This document shows positions 17,826-26,210 of a stretch of DNA of 43,601 bases, one piece after another; within the stretch, counting starts at the first letter, position 1; each line of letters opens with the position of its first letter. The notes under the pieces were generated by a model that had not been told where the DNA came from, made no database searches, and saw only the letters and a program-made list of their open reading frames with translations. A program made the position numbers and the translations under genes. This DNA is from a virus (taxonomy: Duplodnaviria > Heunggongvirae > Uroviricota > Caudoviricetes). The stretch spans positions 1 through 43,601 of IMG/VR virus record IMGVR_UViG_3300045988_013455. One strand, 5' to 3'.

Positions 17826-17902
17826 TGTTCTATTTCACCAAACGCAACAATCGAAGAGACTATTGCAGGATATGCAACAATACAAACACCAATAAAATTT
17901 AC

Positions 17903-17931
17903 TTGCACGCTGGGATAGAGTAGACTACTAT
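17903..17931 (+). promoter_or_regulatory. Sigma70-like promoter (TTGCAC-17-TACTAT) with conserved leader
   Basis: TTGCACgctgggatagagtagacTACTATtcat then AAACGAGAGGGGAGA before the ATG. Confidence 0.55.
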
Positions 17932-17962
17932 TCATTTACACAAACGAGAGGGGAGACAGAAG

Positions 17963-18113
17963 ATGAATAATTTCATATCGCAGGCGATGTACGCCGAGGA
18001 AATGGCAAAAAGTATGTTAGAGCAAACATTACGTTTCGCTAAGCTGCAAGGGTTTAATGTAAAGGAAGGAGGCGATGAAATAGTGCTAACAGAGAAGTCG
18101 GAGAACCGCGATG
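17963..18113 (+). CDS. Small hypothetical protein (about 50 aa; not in ORF track, coordinates approximate)
   Basis: My own translation: MNNFISQAMYAEEMAKSMLEQTLRFAKLQGFNVKEGGDEIVLTEKSENRDE. Confidence 0.3.
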
Positions 18114-18503
18114 AGTGACAAAAACGAAGTATTCGAGTACCTGATTGACCAACTACGGCAGCAGGTAACTAGCAACCCATACAAGCAACAGTGCGAAGAC
18201 CTGGCGCATGAGGTGCGGTCACTTAAGAATCAGTTACGCGATGCGTCGGCGCAGATTAAGGAGTTGCAGAGTGAGTTACAGCATCAGATTGACCTGGCGG
18301 CGGGTGTGTATAGATGGTCTACCGCACATTTCGACGAGAAAGGTAAAGTCTTCAAGGTCGAGCGTGGGGTTAAGGCCGAGCAATCTGGTTGCCGTAAGGA
18401 AGACGTGAGGCTTCCTGTATGTCGGTGCGTTCCCGCCCACTGCGGTACCTACCACGGAAACACGATAGTCTGCGACAACTGCGGAGGGGTTATACCTGAA
18501 TGA
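18111..18503 (+). CDS. Hypothetical protein with N-terminal coiled coil and C-terminal Cys/His cluster (130 aa)
   Basis: LKNQLRDASAQIKELQSELQ coiled-coil-like; CRKEDVRLPVCRCVPAHCGTYHGNTIVCDNCGG. Confidence 0.45.
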   Translation: MSDKNEVFEYLIDQLRQQVTSNPYKQQCEDLAHEVRSLKNQLRDASAQIKELQSELQHQIDLAAGVYRWSTAHFDEKGKVFKVERGVKAEQSGCRKEDVRLPVCRCVPAHCGTYHGNTIVCDNCGGVIPE

Positions 18504-18703
18504 CCAGCATCTTATTTATATGGGTACTGTCCGCAGGCCAGATGCAACTCGCGGCAGCAGAAACGTTTTACTCGATGGAGGCGTGCCAGTCAGCAGCACG
18601 CGCCGCAGAGAACGCGCACTTTCTGTTCCAGGGCGACAAGCCCAACGATTCAGAGGTACGCGCTATCTGCTCACCTAAGCGACTTGGTAAACAGGAGAAG
18701 TGA
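18500..18703 (+). CDS. Hypothetical protein (67 aa) with hydrophobic N-terminus
   Basis: MTSILFIWVLSAGQMQLAAA..., possible signal-like segment. Confidence 0.4.
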   Translation: MTSILFIWVLSAGQMQLAAAETFYSMEACQSAARAAENAHFLFQGDKPNDSEVRAICSPKRLGKQEK

Positions 18704-19008
18704 TTATGGTACAGAGATACGATGTATGGTGCATAGAAGATATTTTTAAGAATAGCCACGACGGTAGCTACGTTAAGTACGAAGACTATGCGAAACTCGA
18801 AGCCGAGTTACAGAAATACAAAGACCAGTTCCCGGATTATGTAGAGTGCGCGAACTGTGGGTCGGTCACACATGTGGAAGGGGTTGAAGACGCTATGGGG
18901 CAACACGGTTGCCATAAAGAAGACGCCAAAGAATGTGAACACGTGTGGAATAGGTACATTGTACACCCTCACAGAAAGATATGTTTAGTATGCGGGGTGA
19001 AGGAATGA
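18700..19008 (+). CDS. Cys/His-rich putative zinc-binding protein (102 aa)
   Basis: GTG start; CANCGS...HGCHKEDAKECEH...CLVCG. Confidence 0.45.
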   Translation: MIMVQRYDVWCIEDIFKNSHDGSYVKYEDYAKLEAELQKYKDQFPDYVECANCGSVTHVEGVEDAMGQHGCHKEDAKECEHVWNRYIVHPHRKICLVCGVKE

Positions 19009-19298
19009 CACTTGCAACTGACATCCTGAAACGAAGTGGCCTTGTGCCGCTGGCACCGGGAGCTAAAACACGGATATACAGGCGTCGCCATAACGCGCTG
19101 TACCCCGAGATTCAGGCCAGACGCAAAGCTGTCCGCGCCTGTGGGTTCCAGAACGGGAAGGCCGTGAATCTCGGTGAGTTCAAGACAAAGGAACGCGCCG
19201 CTATCGCTAATCGGTTATTTAATTACTGGAAATCACTGGGATACGATGATATTCCGACGAAACCACAGAGACGACAATACATCTGGAGACATAAATGA
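18981..19298 (+). CDS. Stand-alone AP2-like DNA-binding domain protein (105 aa)
   Basis: IYRRRHN...KAVNLGEFKTKERAAIANRLFNYWKSLG matches the AP2 pattern of HNH-AP2 endonucleases, without an HNH domain. Confidence 0.4.
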   Translation: MFSMRGEGMTLATDILKRSGLVPLAPGAKTRIYRRRHNALYPEIQARRKAVRACGFQNGKAVNLGEFKTKERAAIANRLFNYWKSLGYDDIPTKPQRRQYIWRHK

Positions 19299-19735
19299 CG
19301 ACTATCGCGTTTGACGGAAAGACAATGGCCTGTGACACCCGTGTTGTGTGCGGGAGTAACTGTTACAACACAGACACAAAGATATACGAGAATGACCATT
19401 TCATAATTGGGGTAGCCGGGGACGCAGGAGTTGGGGTTATGCTAATCCGTGATAATGGCGTACTTAATCCAAAATCATACGACTTCGATTTCGAAGCCCT
19501 TGTGTTCGTGAAAGACACAGAAAAGGTGTATAAAGTCGCGTTCTATAAATCATGGGATTGTGCGCTTAGTTCGGTTATTCCTGTTGCCGATAGCTTCGCC
19601 GCCGTGGGGTCTGGCGCGCCATATGCCCTGGCGGCTATGGAATGTGAGTATTCGGCACATGGTGGCGTAGCCGTCGCTTCAAAGTTTGACCCTAACACCG
19701 GCGGTAAGATTATTACCAAACAACTATTAGGATAA
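19295..19735 (+). CDS. HslV-like Ntn-hydrolase (proteasome beta-subunit-like peptidase)
   Basis: MTTIAFDG... N-terminal Thr after Met; FIIGVAGDAGVGV; AAVGSGAPYALAAME aligns with HslV GSGGPYAQAAARAL. Confidence 0.65.
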   Translation: MTTIAFDGKTMACDTRVVCGSNCYNTDTKIYENDHFIIGVAGDAGVGVMLIRDNGVLNPKSYDFDFEALVFVKDTEKVYKVAFYKSWDCALSSVIPVADSFAAVGSGAPYALAAMECEYSAHGGVAVASKFDPNTGGKIITKQLLG

Positions 19736-19749
19736 TTCCTACCCGTGGT

Positions 19750-19789
19750 ATCCTCCAGTTACTGCATACTTAATACGCACCTGGAGGAT
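19750..19789 (+). promoter_or_regulatory. Stem-loop sequestering the holin RBS (possible translational control)
   Basis: ATCCTCCAG (19750-58) pairs perfectly with CTGGAGGAT (19781-89), which contains the GGAGGA Shine-Dalgarno of the TTG-start holin. Confidence 0.45.
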
Positions 19790-19794
19790 TCATC

Positions 19795-20103
19795 TTGGAT
19801 AAATTTACTGAAACAGTGACAGGCTGGCTCCTGGCCGCCGCACTCGCCGGAGGGGTTATCGGACTACGACAACATAAGTCCGCTATTTCTGGCCCCATCG
19901 ACGGCTTCTGCTTTATTGCAACCGGCTTCACTTGCGCCGTATTTGGCGCACCTCTCGCAGCTCAATGGTTCGGTATCACGGGCGACCGTGAAATCGCGGG
20001 CCTGGGCTTCATTATCGCTATTCTCTGGATGCCTATCTATTCCCGCCTTTCCGGTATCGTCGCCGGAGAATACATTGCACGTCGAGGAGGCCCGGATGAA
20101 TGA
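19795..20103 (+). CDS. Putative holin (three predicted transmembrane segments; TTG start)
   Basis: Hydrophobic stretches LLAAALAGGVIGL, FCFIATGFTCAVFGAPLAA, IAGLGFIIAILWMPIY; directly upstream of endolysin. Confidence 0.55.
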   Translation: MDKFTETVTGWLLAAALAGGVIGLRQHKSAISGPIDGFCFIATGFTCAVFGAPLAAQWFGITGDREIAGLGFIIAILWMPIYSRLSGIVAGEYIARRGGPDE

Positions 20104-20368
20104 GTTATTCTGGTTTGTCGTAATGCTGGCAATGGGCGCTTCGTCCCTGTTCAACGTGTATAATGAACGCGTGGACGACGGGCTGTTCGGGCGTGTTCTC
20201 TATATCCTGACTGCTATCGTCTGTGCCGCCGGATGTATTCACCTGTTACAGGGCAGCATGTCGCCTACGCTGCCTGAGACCTTAATCACATTAGTTGCAC
20301 TGCGCCAGATTCGCCAGGCGTGGCTGTCATACGGAGGGCATAAGCGTGTCTCGAAACATTTCAGATAA
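20096..20368 (+). CDS. Second small membrane protein of the lysis cassette (holin/antiholin-like; two TMDs)
   Basis: RBS GAGGAGG then ATG; LFWFVVMLAMGASSLF and VLYILTAIVCAAGCIHLL. Confidence 0.4.
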   Translation: MNELFWFVVMLAMGASSLFNVYNERVDDGLFGRVLYILTAIVCAAGCIHLLQGSMSPTLPETLITLVALRQIRQAWLSYGGHKRVSKHFR

Positions 20369-20834
20369 TGGATTGCATTTTACCGCTGCGTTCGAGGGGT
20401 TCCGTGGAACTGCGTATCGTGCTACACCGAACGAGAAGTACCTGACGATAGGCTACGGGCACTATGGGTCAGACGTAACACCGGGTAAGACCATCACGCC
20501 AGGGCAAGGCCTCCTGTTACTGAATCGCGATATGGCTAAAGCCGTAGCTGCGGTTGATGCGGCCGCCCACCATTCATTGACACAGGCACAGTTCGATGCG
20601 GTGTGCGACCTGGTGTATAACGCAGGTGCTGGCGTGATTGCGTCTACTACAGGCACGGGCAAGGCGCTGCGTTCCGGAGATATTGTGACACTGCGGGCTA
20701 AGCTGGCGCTGTTCATCAATCAGAACGGCAAACCGTTACTTGGTCTGCGCCGCCGTACCGCCGGGCGTCTTGCGCTGTTCGACGGTAAACCGTGGCAAGA
20801 GGCTGAAGCTATTGGGCGCGCGGTGAAAGGTTGA
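20346..20834 (+). CDS. Endolysin, GH24 lysozyme family
   Basis: AFEGFRGTAYRATPNEKYLTIGYGH, the Glu...Thr catalytic region pattern of T4/lambda-type lysozymes; GTG start after GGAGGG (track ORF from 20295). Confidence 0.8.
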   Translation: MSRNISDNGLHFTAAFEGFRGTAYRATPNEKYLTIGYGHYGSDVTPGKTITPGQGLLLLNRDMAKAVAAVDAAAHHSLTQAQFDAVCDLVYNAGAGVIASTTGTGKALRSGDIVTLRAKLALFINQNGKPLLGLRRRTAGRLALFDGKPWQEAEAIGRAVKG

Positions 20835-20900
20835 CACCTAAGACTAATCCGACGATACTTAAATCACCTCCTGTTCCATCCCTCTGCTCTCCAGTTTTAT

Positions 20901-20930
20901 CCCGGCCCTGACCCAGCCGGGATTTTTTTT
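20901..20930 (+). terminator. Rho-independent terminator after lysis cassette
   Basis: CCCGGC-cctgaccca-GCCGGG followed by ATTTTTTTT. Confidence 0.75.
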
Positions 20931-20953
20931 ATCTATTTTCTGCAATGACTAGT

Positions 20954-20982
20954 TGACTATTACCTTCGACCCTATTATATTT
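20954..20982 (+). promoter_or_regulatory. Sigma70-like promoter (TTGACT-17-TATATT)
   Basis: TTGACTattaccttcgaccctatTATATT upstream of the 21016 gene. Confidence 0.5.
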
Positions 20983-21015
20983 ACTCCATCGACAACGAAA
21001 ACGGAGTAGAGAGAA

Positions 21016-21213
21016 ATGAGCAACGTATCGACGATAGAAATAACCGAAGAACTCGAAGTTAAATGTATCGCATCCGTTATAGGGAATGGTTCGGTGGAAA
21101 AACTACAGATGAGGGTTGCTGCGGGCTACATACGCAGGGCTAATAGCGCGCAGACTGATGTTTTACGTAAACGTTACCTCGTGAAAGCGTTAGAAATACT
21201 GGAGAATAACTAA
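21016..21213 (+). CDS. Hypothetical protein (65 aa)
   Basis: RBS GGAGTAGAGAG upstream. Confidence 0.4.
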   Translation: MSNVSTIEITEELEVKCIASVIGNGSVEKLQMRVAAGYIRRANSAQTDVLRKRYLVKALEILENN

Positions 21214-21362
21214 TGAAAATCACAGATATCGAAGCATTCAAAGACGCACAACTGATGGCACGCATCGCCGTTAGTAATCTGAGCAACAGCATCCCCGCGG
21301 CCGCGTTCTGGTTCGCTGCGATGCAGACACTGAAAGCAGCTTATGCAGGAGAGAAGAAATGA
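21213..21362 (+). CDS. Small hypothetical protein (49 aa; not in ORF track)
   Basis: My own translation: MKITDIEAFKDAQLMARIAVSNLSNSIPAAAFWFAAMQTLKAAYAGEKK. Confidence 0.3.
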   Translation: MKITDIEAFKDAQLMARIAVSNLSNSIPAAAFWFAAMQTLKAAYAGEKK

Positions 21363-21562
21363 AAGTTAGTTATGAAATGCCGTCAGAAGGACAATTTGTA
21401 GCGGTGTGGTTTATTGGAGATGCGCCATATTCGGCAACTCTTAGATGGGAGTACGGGCTACTTAAAGCTTATAACTACTCCGATGACTCTTGGGACTATG
21501 AGTGTGACCACGGGTACAGTGCGCAAGTACTAGAATCATTAGAAGCAACATATTACAGGTGA
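21359..21562 (+). CDS. Hypothetical protein (67 aa)
   Basis: ATGA overlap with upstream ORF. Confidence 0.4.
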   Translation: MKVSYEMPSEGQFVAVWFIGDAPYSATLRWEYGLLKAYNYSDDSWDYECDHGYSAQVLESLEATYYR

Positions 21563-21568
21563 TAAGAA

Positions 21569-21724
21569 ATGAGCGAACAAGTTCAAATAAACCCGTCAAT
21601 ACGAGTAGGCCGTAAGGTCAGTCACACCCCGTTCCCGACACGCGAGGAACTGATGAAACGTAACAGTTTCCCCGGGCCGGACAAGAACAAGTATCTCAAT
21701 CGCATGTGGGGAGAGAAGAAATGA
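21569..21724 (+). CDS. Small hypothetical protein (51 aa; not in ORF track)
   Basis: My own translation: MSEQVQINPSIRVGRKVSHTPFPTREELMKRNSFPGPDKNKYLNRMWGEKK. Confidence 0.3.
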   Translation: MSEQVQINPSIRVGRKVSHTPFPTREELMKRNSFPGPDKNKYLNRMWGEKK

Positions 21725-21876
21725 TTTACGTGAGACCGGGAGAATGGCGGTGCTGGAATTGCAACCTTTGGGTATCTAACATCGAATTATTACATAACGA
21801 CGGTGATTGCCCCTATTGCGAAGTAGAAATAGATACGACAGATTTCCCGTATACGGAGGTTAAAGACAATGACTGA
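21721..21876 (+). CDS. Small zinc-ribbon protein (51 aa; not in ORF track)
   Basis: My own translation contains CWNC...CPYC (two CxxC pairs). Confidence 0.35.
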   Translation: MIYVRPGEWRCWNCNLWVSNIELLHNDGDCPYCEVEIDTTDFPYTEVKDND

Positions 21877-22066
21877 CCGTGAGTACGAAAAGATGATGGT
21901 TGAGGCCGTTAACGGTGGCGTAGACGTAAGCCACGTGATGTACGTCCTGAATACTAAAATCGCGGTAGCCGAGCAAATGGTAGAGTCGCTTTATGAGACT
22001 CGCCGTGAACTGATTAACCGCTTCAACCTGAACAAAGCTTCTGGTGATGGACATGAAAGTGCCTGA
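21869..22066 (+). CDS. Hypothetical protein (65 aa)
   Basis: RBS GGAGG upstream. Confidence 0.4.
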   Translation: MTDREYEKMMVEAVNGGVDVSHVMYVLNTKIAVAEQMVESLYETRRELINRFNLNKASGDGHESA

Positions 22067-22235
22067 ACCGGTAGTTATCGATGGCGTCCTGTGGAAACCC
22101 TACTCGGTTAACCACATCGACGCCGACGGGAAGAAGTTCAGCTTCTATATTTTTGCAATTAGCCGTGAGCACGCCGCCTGTGTGGTCGATGATATACGAG
22201 AGACGGCGTGGCTTGGTGATGAGATAGTGGGGTGA
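22044..22235 (+). CDS. Hypothetical protein (63 aa)
   Basis: ORF in operon context. Confidence 0.4.
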   Translation: MMDMKVPEPVVIDGVLWKPYSVNHIDADGKKFSFYIFAISREHAACVVDDIRETAWLGDEIVG

Positions 22236-22307
22236 GAGTATGGGACTCGAGGTGGATATCAGTCTCTTAATCGGGTTGTTGGTTGGCTTTCTGTGGGGTA
22301 AATATTA

Positions 22308-22478
22308 ATGTTCAGTGACATCAACGTAGCAATCGAAGAAGCAATCTGGCGTCGCTACAACGGAGAACAGCAACGGCACTTCTGCCTGGTGCAACGTGGA
22401 AACATGATTGCCGTAGTGCAGGACCGCGATAACAAATATCCAAATGCGATGTGGACAACGAGGAATTTCTTAGGATGA
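22308..22478 (+). CDS. Small hypothetical protein (56 aa; not in ORF track)
   Basis: My own translation: MFSDINVAIEEAIWRRYNGEQQRHFCLVQRGNMIAVVQDRDNKYPNAMWTTRNFLG. Confidence 0.3.
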   Translation: MFSDINVAIEEAIWRRYNGEQQRHFCLVQRGNMIAVVQDRDNKYPNAMWTTRNFLG

Positions 22479-22711
22479 TTACCAGCATTCCGAACCTGAT
22501 TAAAGAATACGGCACGATGGCGGAGACATGCCGGCAAACCGGCATCAACGAAATGACGATTGCCAAGTACAGCAAAGACGTGAACTGCGAGCGCCACGTA
22601 ATTTATAACAACCGTCTCATGACGCACGTTAAGACAAGCCCGGTGTTATTCACGCGCCGCGGTATCACTAAAACCGAGCAACGTATTGTACGAGGGGAGA
22701 GCAGGGAATGA
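22475..22711 (+). CDS. Hypothetical protein, possible HTH (78 aa from ATG; track ORF from 22451)
   Basis: YGTMAETCRQTGINEMTIAKYSKD is HTH-like. Confidence 0.35.
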   Translation: MITSIPNLIKEYGTMAETCRQTGINEMTIAKYSKDVNCERHVIYNNRLMTHVKTSPVLFTRRGITKTEQRIVRGESRE

Positions 22712-22814
22712 GACTACTAATCATCCCTAACGCCTGGGTCATCGCTGTAGCTAACGACAATTACGGCGGCGATGGTAAAAGAGCACCACGACATGGCCTA
22801 TATAACTGATACAA

Positions 22815-22836
22815 GCCCTCTACGGAGGGCTTTTCT
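22815..22836 (+). terminator. Rho-independent terminator
   Basis: GCCCTC-tacg-GAGGGC followed by TTTT. Confidence 0.65.
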
Positions 22837-22859
22837 GTACATCCCACCCAATCCCCTTA

Positions 22860-22913
22860 TATAATCCCTTTAGACGCGTAGGGCGCGTCTGATGCGCTCT
22901 GATGGTCAGACGC
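22860..22913 (+). promoter_or_regulatory. Consensus -10 (TATAAT) without a good -35, followed by nested inverted repeats upstream of terS
   Basis: TATAAT at 22860-65; hairpins AGACGCG/CGCGTCT and GCGTCTGA/TCAGACGC; tandem TCTGATG. Confidence 0.35.
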
Positions 22914-22930
22914 ATACGCAAGGGGATTCT

Positions 22931-23440
22931 ATGAAGCTGAAACTTAAGCAGCCATCGCCAGAGGTGGTGCAAGCTGCACATGAAGAAGCTGTTAGCGCAA
23001 ACCGTCGCCGTAAACGACCGCGCGGTAAGCAGAGCCTTTATCAATCATCCCGTAATTCCGCCGCGTTGTGGGACCCGGACTATTGCGACGAATTGATTCG
23101 TTTCTTCGACCGCACATCATGGGAGCTTGTGCCTACGTCCAAGGGCGAAGAACGCCCGCTGATTCAGGATAAACCCCCGTCACTGGCACGCTTCGCCTTA
23201 CACATCGGCGTCACTATCCCGATTATTAAGCTGTGGCTGCGCGAGATTCCCGCATTTGCAGAAGCATATGAAACAGCACAGGCACTGGAAGAGGCATACT
23301 TCACTGAGACGGGCGCGGCGGGCATCTCTGCTACGTTTGCTGCCGCGAAACTGGGGTTGAATAAAACTGTCGCCACCGAAGAAGCACGCGACGAGCCAAT
23401 CAGTGAAGTAACCATTAAGGTGGTGTCCGGTGAACGTTAA
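22931..23440 (+). CDS. Terminase small subunit
   Basis: Directly upstream of and overlapping terL; SLARFALHIGVTIPIIKLWLREIPAFAEAYETAQALEEAYF resembles Terminase_2 small subunits; RBS AAGGGGA. Confidence 0.65.
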   Translation: MKLKLKQPSPEVVQAAHEEAVSANRRRKRPRGKQSLYQSSRNSAALWDPDYCDELIRFFDRTSWELVPTSKGEERPLIQDKPPSLARFALHIGVTIPIIKLWLREIPAFAEAYETAQALEEAYFTETGAAGISATFAAAKLGLNKTVATEEARDEPISEVTIKVVSGER

Positions 23441-24701
23441 TATCACGGCAACGGAACCGCAAGGCGCGTTTCTCGGTATGCACTGTAAGTTCCCGGCATT
23501 CGTCGCCGGCTTCGGTACTGGCAAATCCGAGGTTATGTGCAACTCAGCACTACTAGACAGCATGGAAGGCGGTAGCGATTCTATCATCGCCATGTACGAG
23601 CCGACTTATGACCTTGTGCGCCTTATCCTTGCGCCACGTATGGAAGAGAAGTTGACTGACTGGGGTGTGAGGTACAAATACAATAAGTCCGACAACATAA
23701 TATATACGTCATCTGGGCAATTCGGCGATTTTGTCCTGCGTACACTAGATAATCCAGCACGAATCGTTGGCTACGAATCGTTTCGTGCAAAAATCGACGA
23801 GTTGGACACCCTTAACATGGAGCACGCCGAGCATGCGTGGAACAAGGTCATCGCCCGTAACCGCCAGTTGCCGCGGACGTATAAACCTATTACACCGAAA
23901 CCGGCTAATACCGTTTCCGTGTTCACTACGCCGGAAGGGTTCCGTTTTGTGCATGACCGCTGGGTTGTTAAAAAGAACCCTGGTTACGAGATGATTCAGG
24001 CGTCCACCCTGTCTAACCCGTTCCTGCCAGAAGATTATGTGCAGTCATTACGCGACACATACCCAGGTCAGTTGATTGACGCCTACATCAACGGCGAGTT
24101 CGTAAACCTCACGTCCGGAACGGTCTACTACGCCTACGACCGCAGGAAAAACAGCAGCCGCGAAACAATCAAACCCGGAGAGACTCTGTATATTGGGCAG
24201 GATTTTAACGTAGGCCACATGGCTAGCACAGTTTACGTGCAACGTGGTAAGGTCTGGCACGCTGTTGCCGAGTTGGTCGATATGTTCGATACGCCTGACG
24301 TAGTGCGGGCCATAACTGAGCGATGGAAAAGTAAAGGCCACTATATCGTTATGTACCCTGACGCCAGCGGCAAAAACCGTAAAAGCAACAACGCCAGTAC
24401 CTCCGACATCGCCCAGTTACAGCAGGCCGGGTTCGAAGTGCGTGCAAAATCGACAAACCCACCGGTTAAAGACCGCGTATCAGCAATGAACAAGGCGCTT
24501 GAATCTGGTATGGTCATGATTAACGAGCAGGCTTGCCCTGTTACTGCGCGATGCTTAGAGCAACAGGCTTACGACAAGAACGGCGAACCGGATAAATCAG
24601 GTGGCGTGGACCACCAGAATGATGGAACCACATACCCTATCGCGTATGAAATGCCGATTCGCAAACCAGTTATTAACGTCCCGGTGACTTTCGCACTTTA
24701 A
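23430..24701 (+). CDS. Terminase large subunit
   Basis: Walker A GFGTGKS near the N-terminus; size and position before portal. Confidence 0.85.
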   Translation: MNVNITATEPQGAFLGMHCKFPAFVAGFGTGKSEVMCNSALLDSMEGGSDSIIAMYEPTYDLVRLILAPRMEEKLTDWGVRYKYNKSDNIIYTSSGQFGDFVLRTLDNPARIVGYESFRAKIDELDTLNMEHAEHAWNKVIARNRQLPRTYKPITPKPANTVSVFTTPEGFRFVHDRWVVKKNPGYEMIQASTLSNPFLPEDYVQSLRDTYPGQLIDAYINGEFVNLTSGTVYYAYDRRKNSSRETIKPGETLYIGQDFNVGHMASTVYVQRGKVWHAVAELVDMFDTPDVVRAITERWKSKGHYIVMYPDASGKNRKSNNASTSDIAQLQQAGFEVRAKSTNPPVKDRVSAMNKALESGMVMINEQACPVTARCLEQQAYDKNGEPDKSGGVDHQNDGTTYPIAYEMPIRKPVINVPVTFAL

Positions 24702-24713
24702 GAGGATTATTCA

Positions 24714-26180
24714 ATGTTAACTATGAACGGTCAGAATCAGGGTGTTAAGACAAAACACCGGGAATGGCTGCATCACTTCGATAAATGGCAGAAGGTGCGC
24801 CACGCGCTGGAAGGTGACCTTATCCGCTATCTGCGCAACGTCGGGAAGAACGAGCCTGACCCTACCTACGCGGCACAGCGACAGGAAGAATATGAGAACG
24901 GCGCTATCTGCTACAACTTCACTAAACGTACCCTGGCTGGGATGGTGGGGTCGGTGATGCGCAAAGACCCAGAGCAGATTATCCCGCCTGAGATGGAATA
25001 TCTGCTACGTAATGCTGACGGTTCCGGTGTCGGGCTGTGGCAGCACGCGCAGGACACGCTGATGGAGATTGACTCGGTAGGTCGTGGCGGGTTGCTGGTG
25101 GATGCCCCGGAGACGGCTGCGGCAACCGCAGCCGAACAGAACGCGGGATTATTAAACCCGGTCATCGCATTCTATACCGCAGAGAACATCATCAACTGGC
25201 GACTGACTCGTGTCGGTTCAGTGAACCGCGTGATGATGGTTGTATTGCGTGAGGTATGGGAATACTCAGAACCGGGCGCAGAGTTCGAAACAAAGTTCGG
25301 TGAGCAATACCGCGTTCTCGATTTGATTGATGGTCGCTACCGCCAGCGCATTTACCGCTTCGATGCCGAAGGTGGTGCGCAGGGTGAAGTAAAAGAAATC
25401 TTCCCGGAACTTGGCAAACAGTTGCGTGGTAAAATCCCGTTCACTTTCATTGGGGCGAGCAACAACGACGCAACCATTGACGACGCGCCTTTGCTGCCGT
25501 TGGCTGAGCTTAATATCGGGCATTTCCGCAACAGCGCAGACAATGAGGAGTCCAGCTTCGTTGTAGGCCAGCCCACTCTGTTCATTGCTCCTGGCGAGAA
25601 CATGAGCATGGAACAGTGGGCAGAAGCCAACCCACACGGCGTGCGCATGGGGTCGCGTTCAGGTCACAACATTGGCTACGGCGGCAATGCGTTTCTGGTT
25701 CAGGCTGGGGAGAACAACCTCGCCAGACAGAACATGCTGGATAAAGAGAATCAGGCTATCCAGATTGGTGCGCAGCTTATCACCCCGACGCAGCAAATCA
25801 CCGCCGAATCGGCCCGCCTGCAACGTGGCGCGGATACGTCCGTTATGGCCACAATCGCACGTAACGTAAGCACGGCGTATACCGATGCGTTGCGCTGGGT
25901 AGCTGCGATGCTTGGGCTTAGTGAAGGCACAGAGATTGAGTTCAAACTGAACATGGAGTTCTTCCTGCAACCGATGACCGCTCAGGACCGCGCTCAGTGG
26001 ATGACAGACATTAACGCAGGTTTGCTACCCGCCACTGCTTACTATGCCGCGTTGCGTAAGGCTGGTGTAACCGACTGGACAGACGAGGATATTCAGAACG
26101 CTATTGAGGACGCGCCGCTGCCGTTAGGTGCAAATACTCAGGTAGCGGGGGAGATTCCGCCGTCGGCGCAGCAGGAGTAA
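24714..26180 (+). CDS. Portal protein
   Basis: 488-aa ORF immediately after terL with strong RBS; typical size and position. Confidence 0.75.
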   Translation: MLTMNGQNQGVKTKHREWLHHFDKWQKVRHALEGDLIRYLRNVGKNEPDPTYAAQRQEEYENGAICYNFTKRTLAGMVGSVMRKDPEQIIPPEMEYLLRNADGSGVGLWQHAQDTLMEIDSVGRGGLLVDAPETAAATAAEQNAGLLNPVIAFYTAENIINWRLTRVGSVNRVMMVVLREVWEYSEPGAEFETKFGEQYRVLDLIDGRYRQRIYRFDAEGGAQGEVKEIFPELGKQLRGKIPFTFIGASNNDATIDDAPLLPLAELNIGHFRNSADNEESSFVVGQPTLFIAPGENMSMEQWAEANPHGVRMGSRSGHNIGYGGNAFLVQAGENNLARQNMLDKENQAIQIGAQLITPTQQITAESARLQRGADTSVMATIARNVSTAYTDALRWVAAMLGLSEGTEIEFKLNMEFFLQPMTAQDRAQWMTDINAGLLPATAYYAALRKAGVTDWTDEDIQNAIEDAPLPLGANTQVAGEIPPSAQQE

Positions 26181-26210
26181 AGAAAAAGGCCCCTTACGGG
26201 GCCTTAACTT
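26181..26210. terminator. Bidirectional rho-independent terminator
   Basis: AAGGCCCC-ttac-GGGGCCTT flanked by A-run and T-rich sequence. Confidence 0.7.

Noticed and set aside
19295-19735. HslV-like protein as the prohead maturation protease
   Set aside because: The gene is in the early block far from portal, scaffold and capsid genes, and a separate scaffolding protein is present; a morphogenetic role seems unlikely.
19916-20368. 150-aa track ORF spanning the holin 3' end
   Set aside because: The upstream 60 codons overlap the holin in another frame; the RBS-supported ATG at 20096 gives a 90-aa two-TMD protein, which is the form reported.
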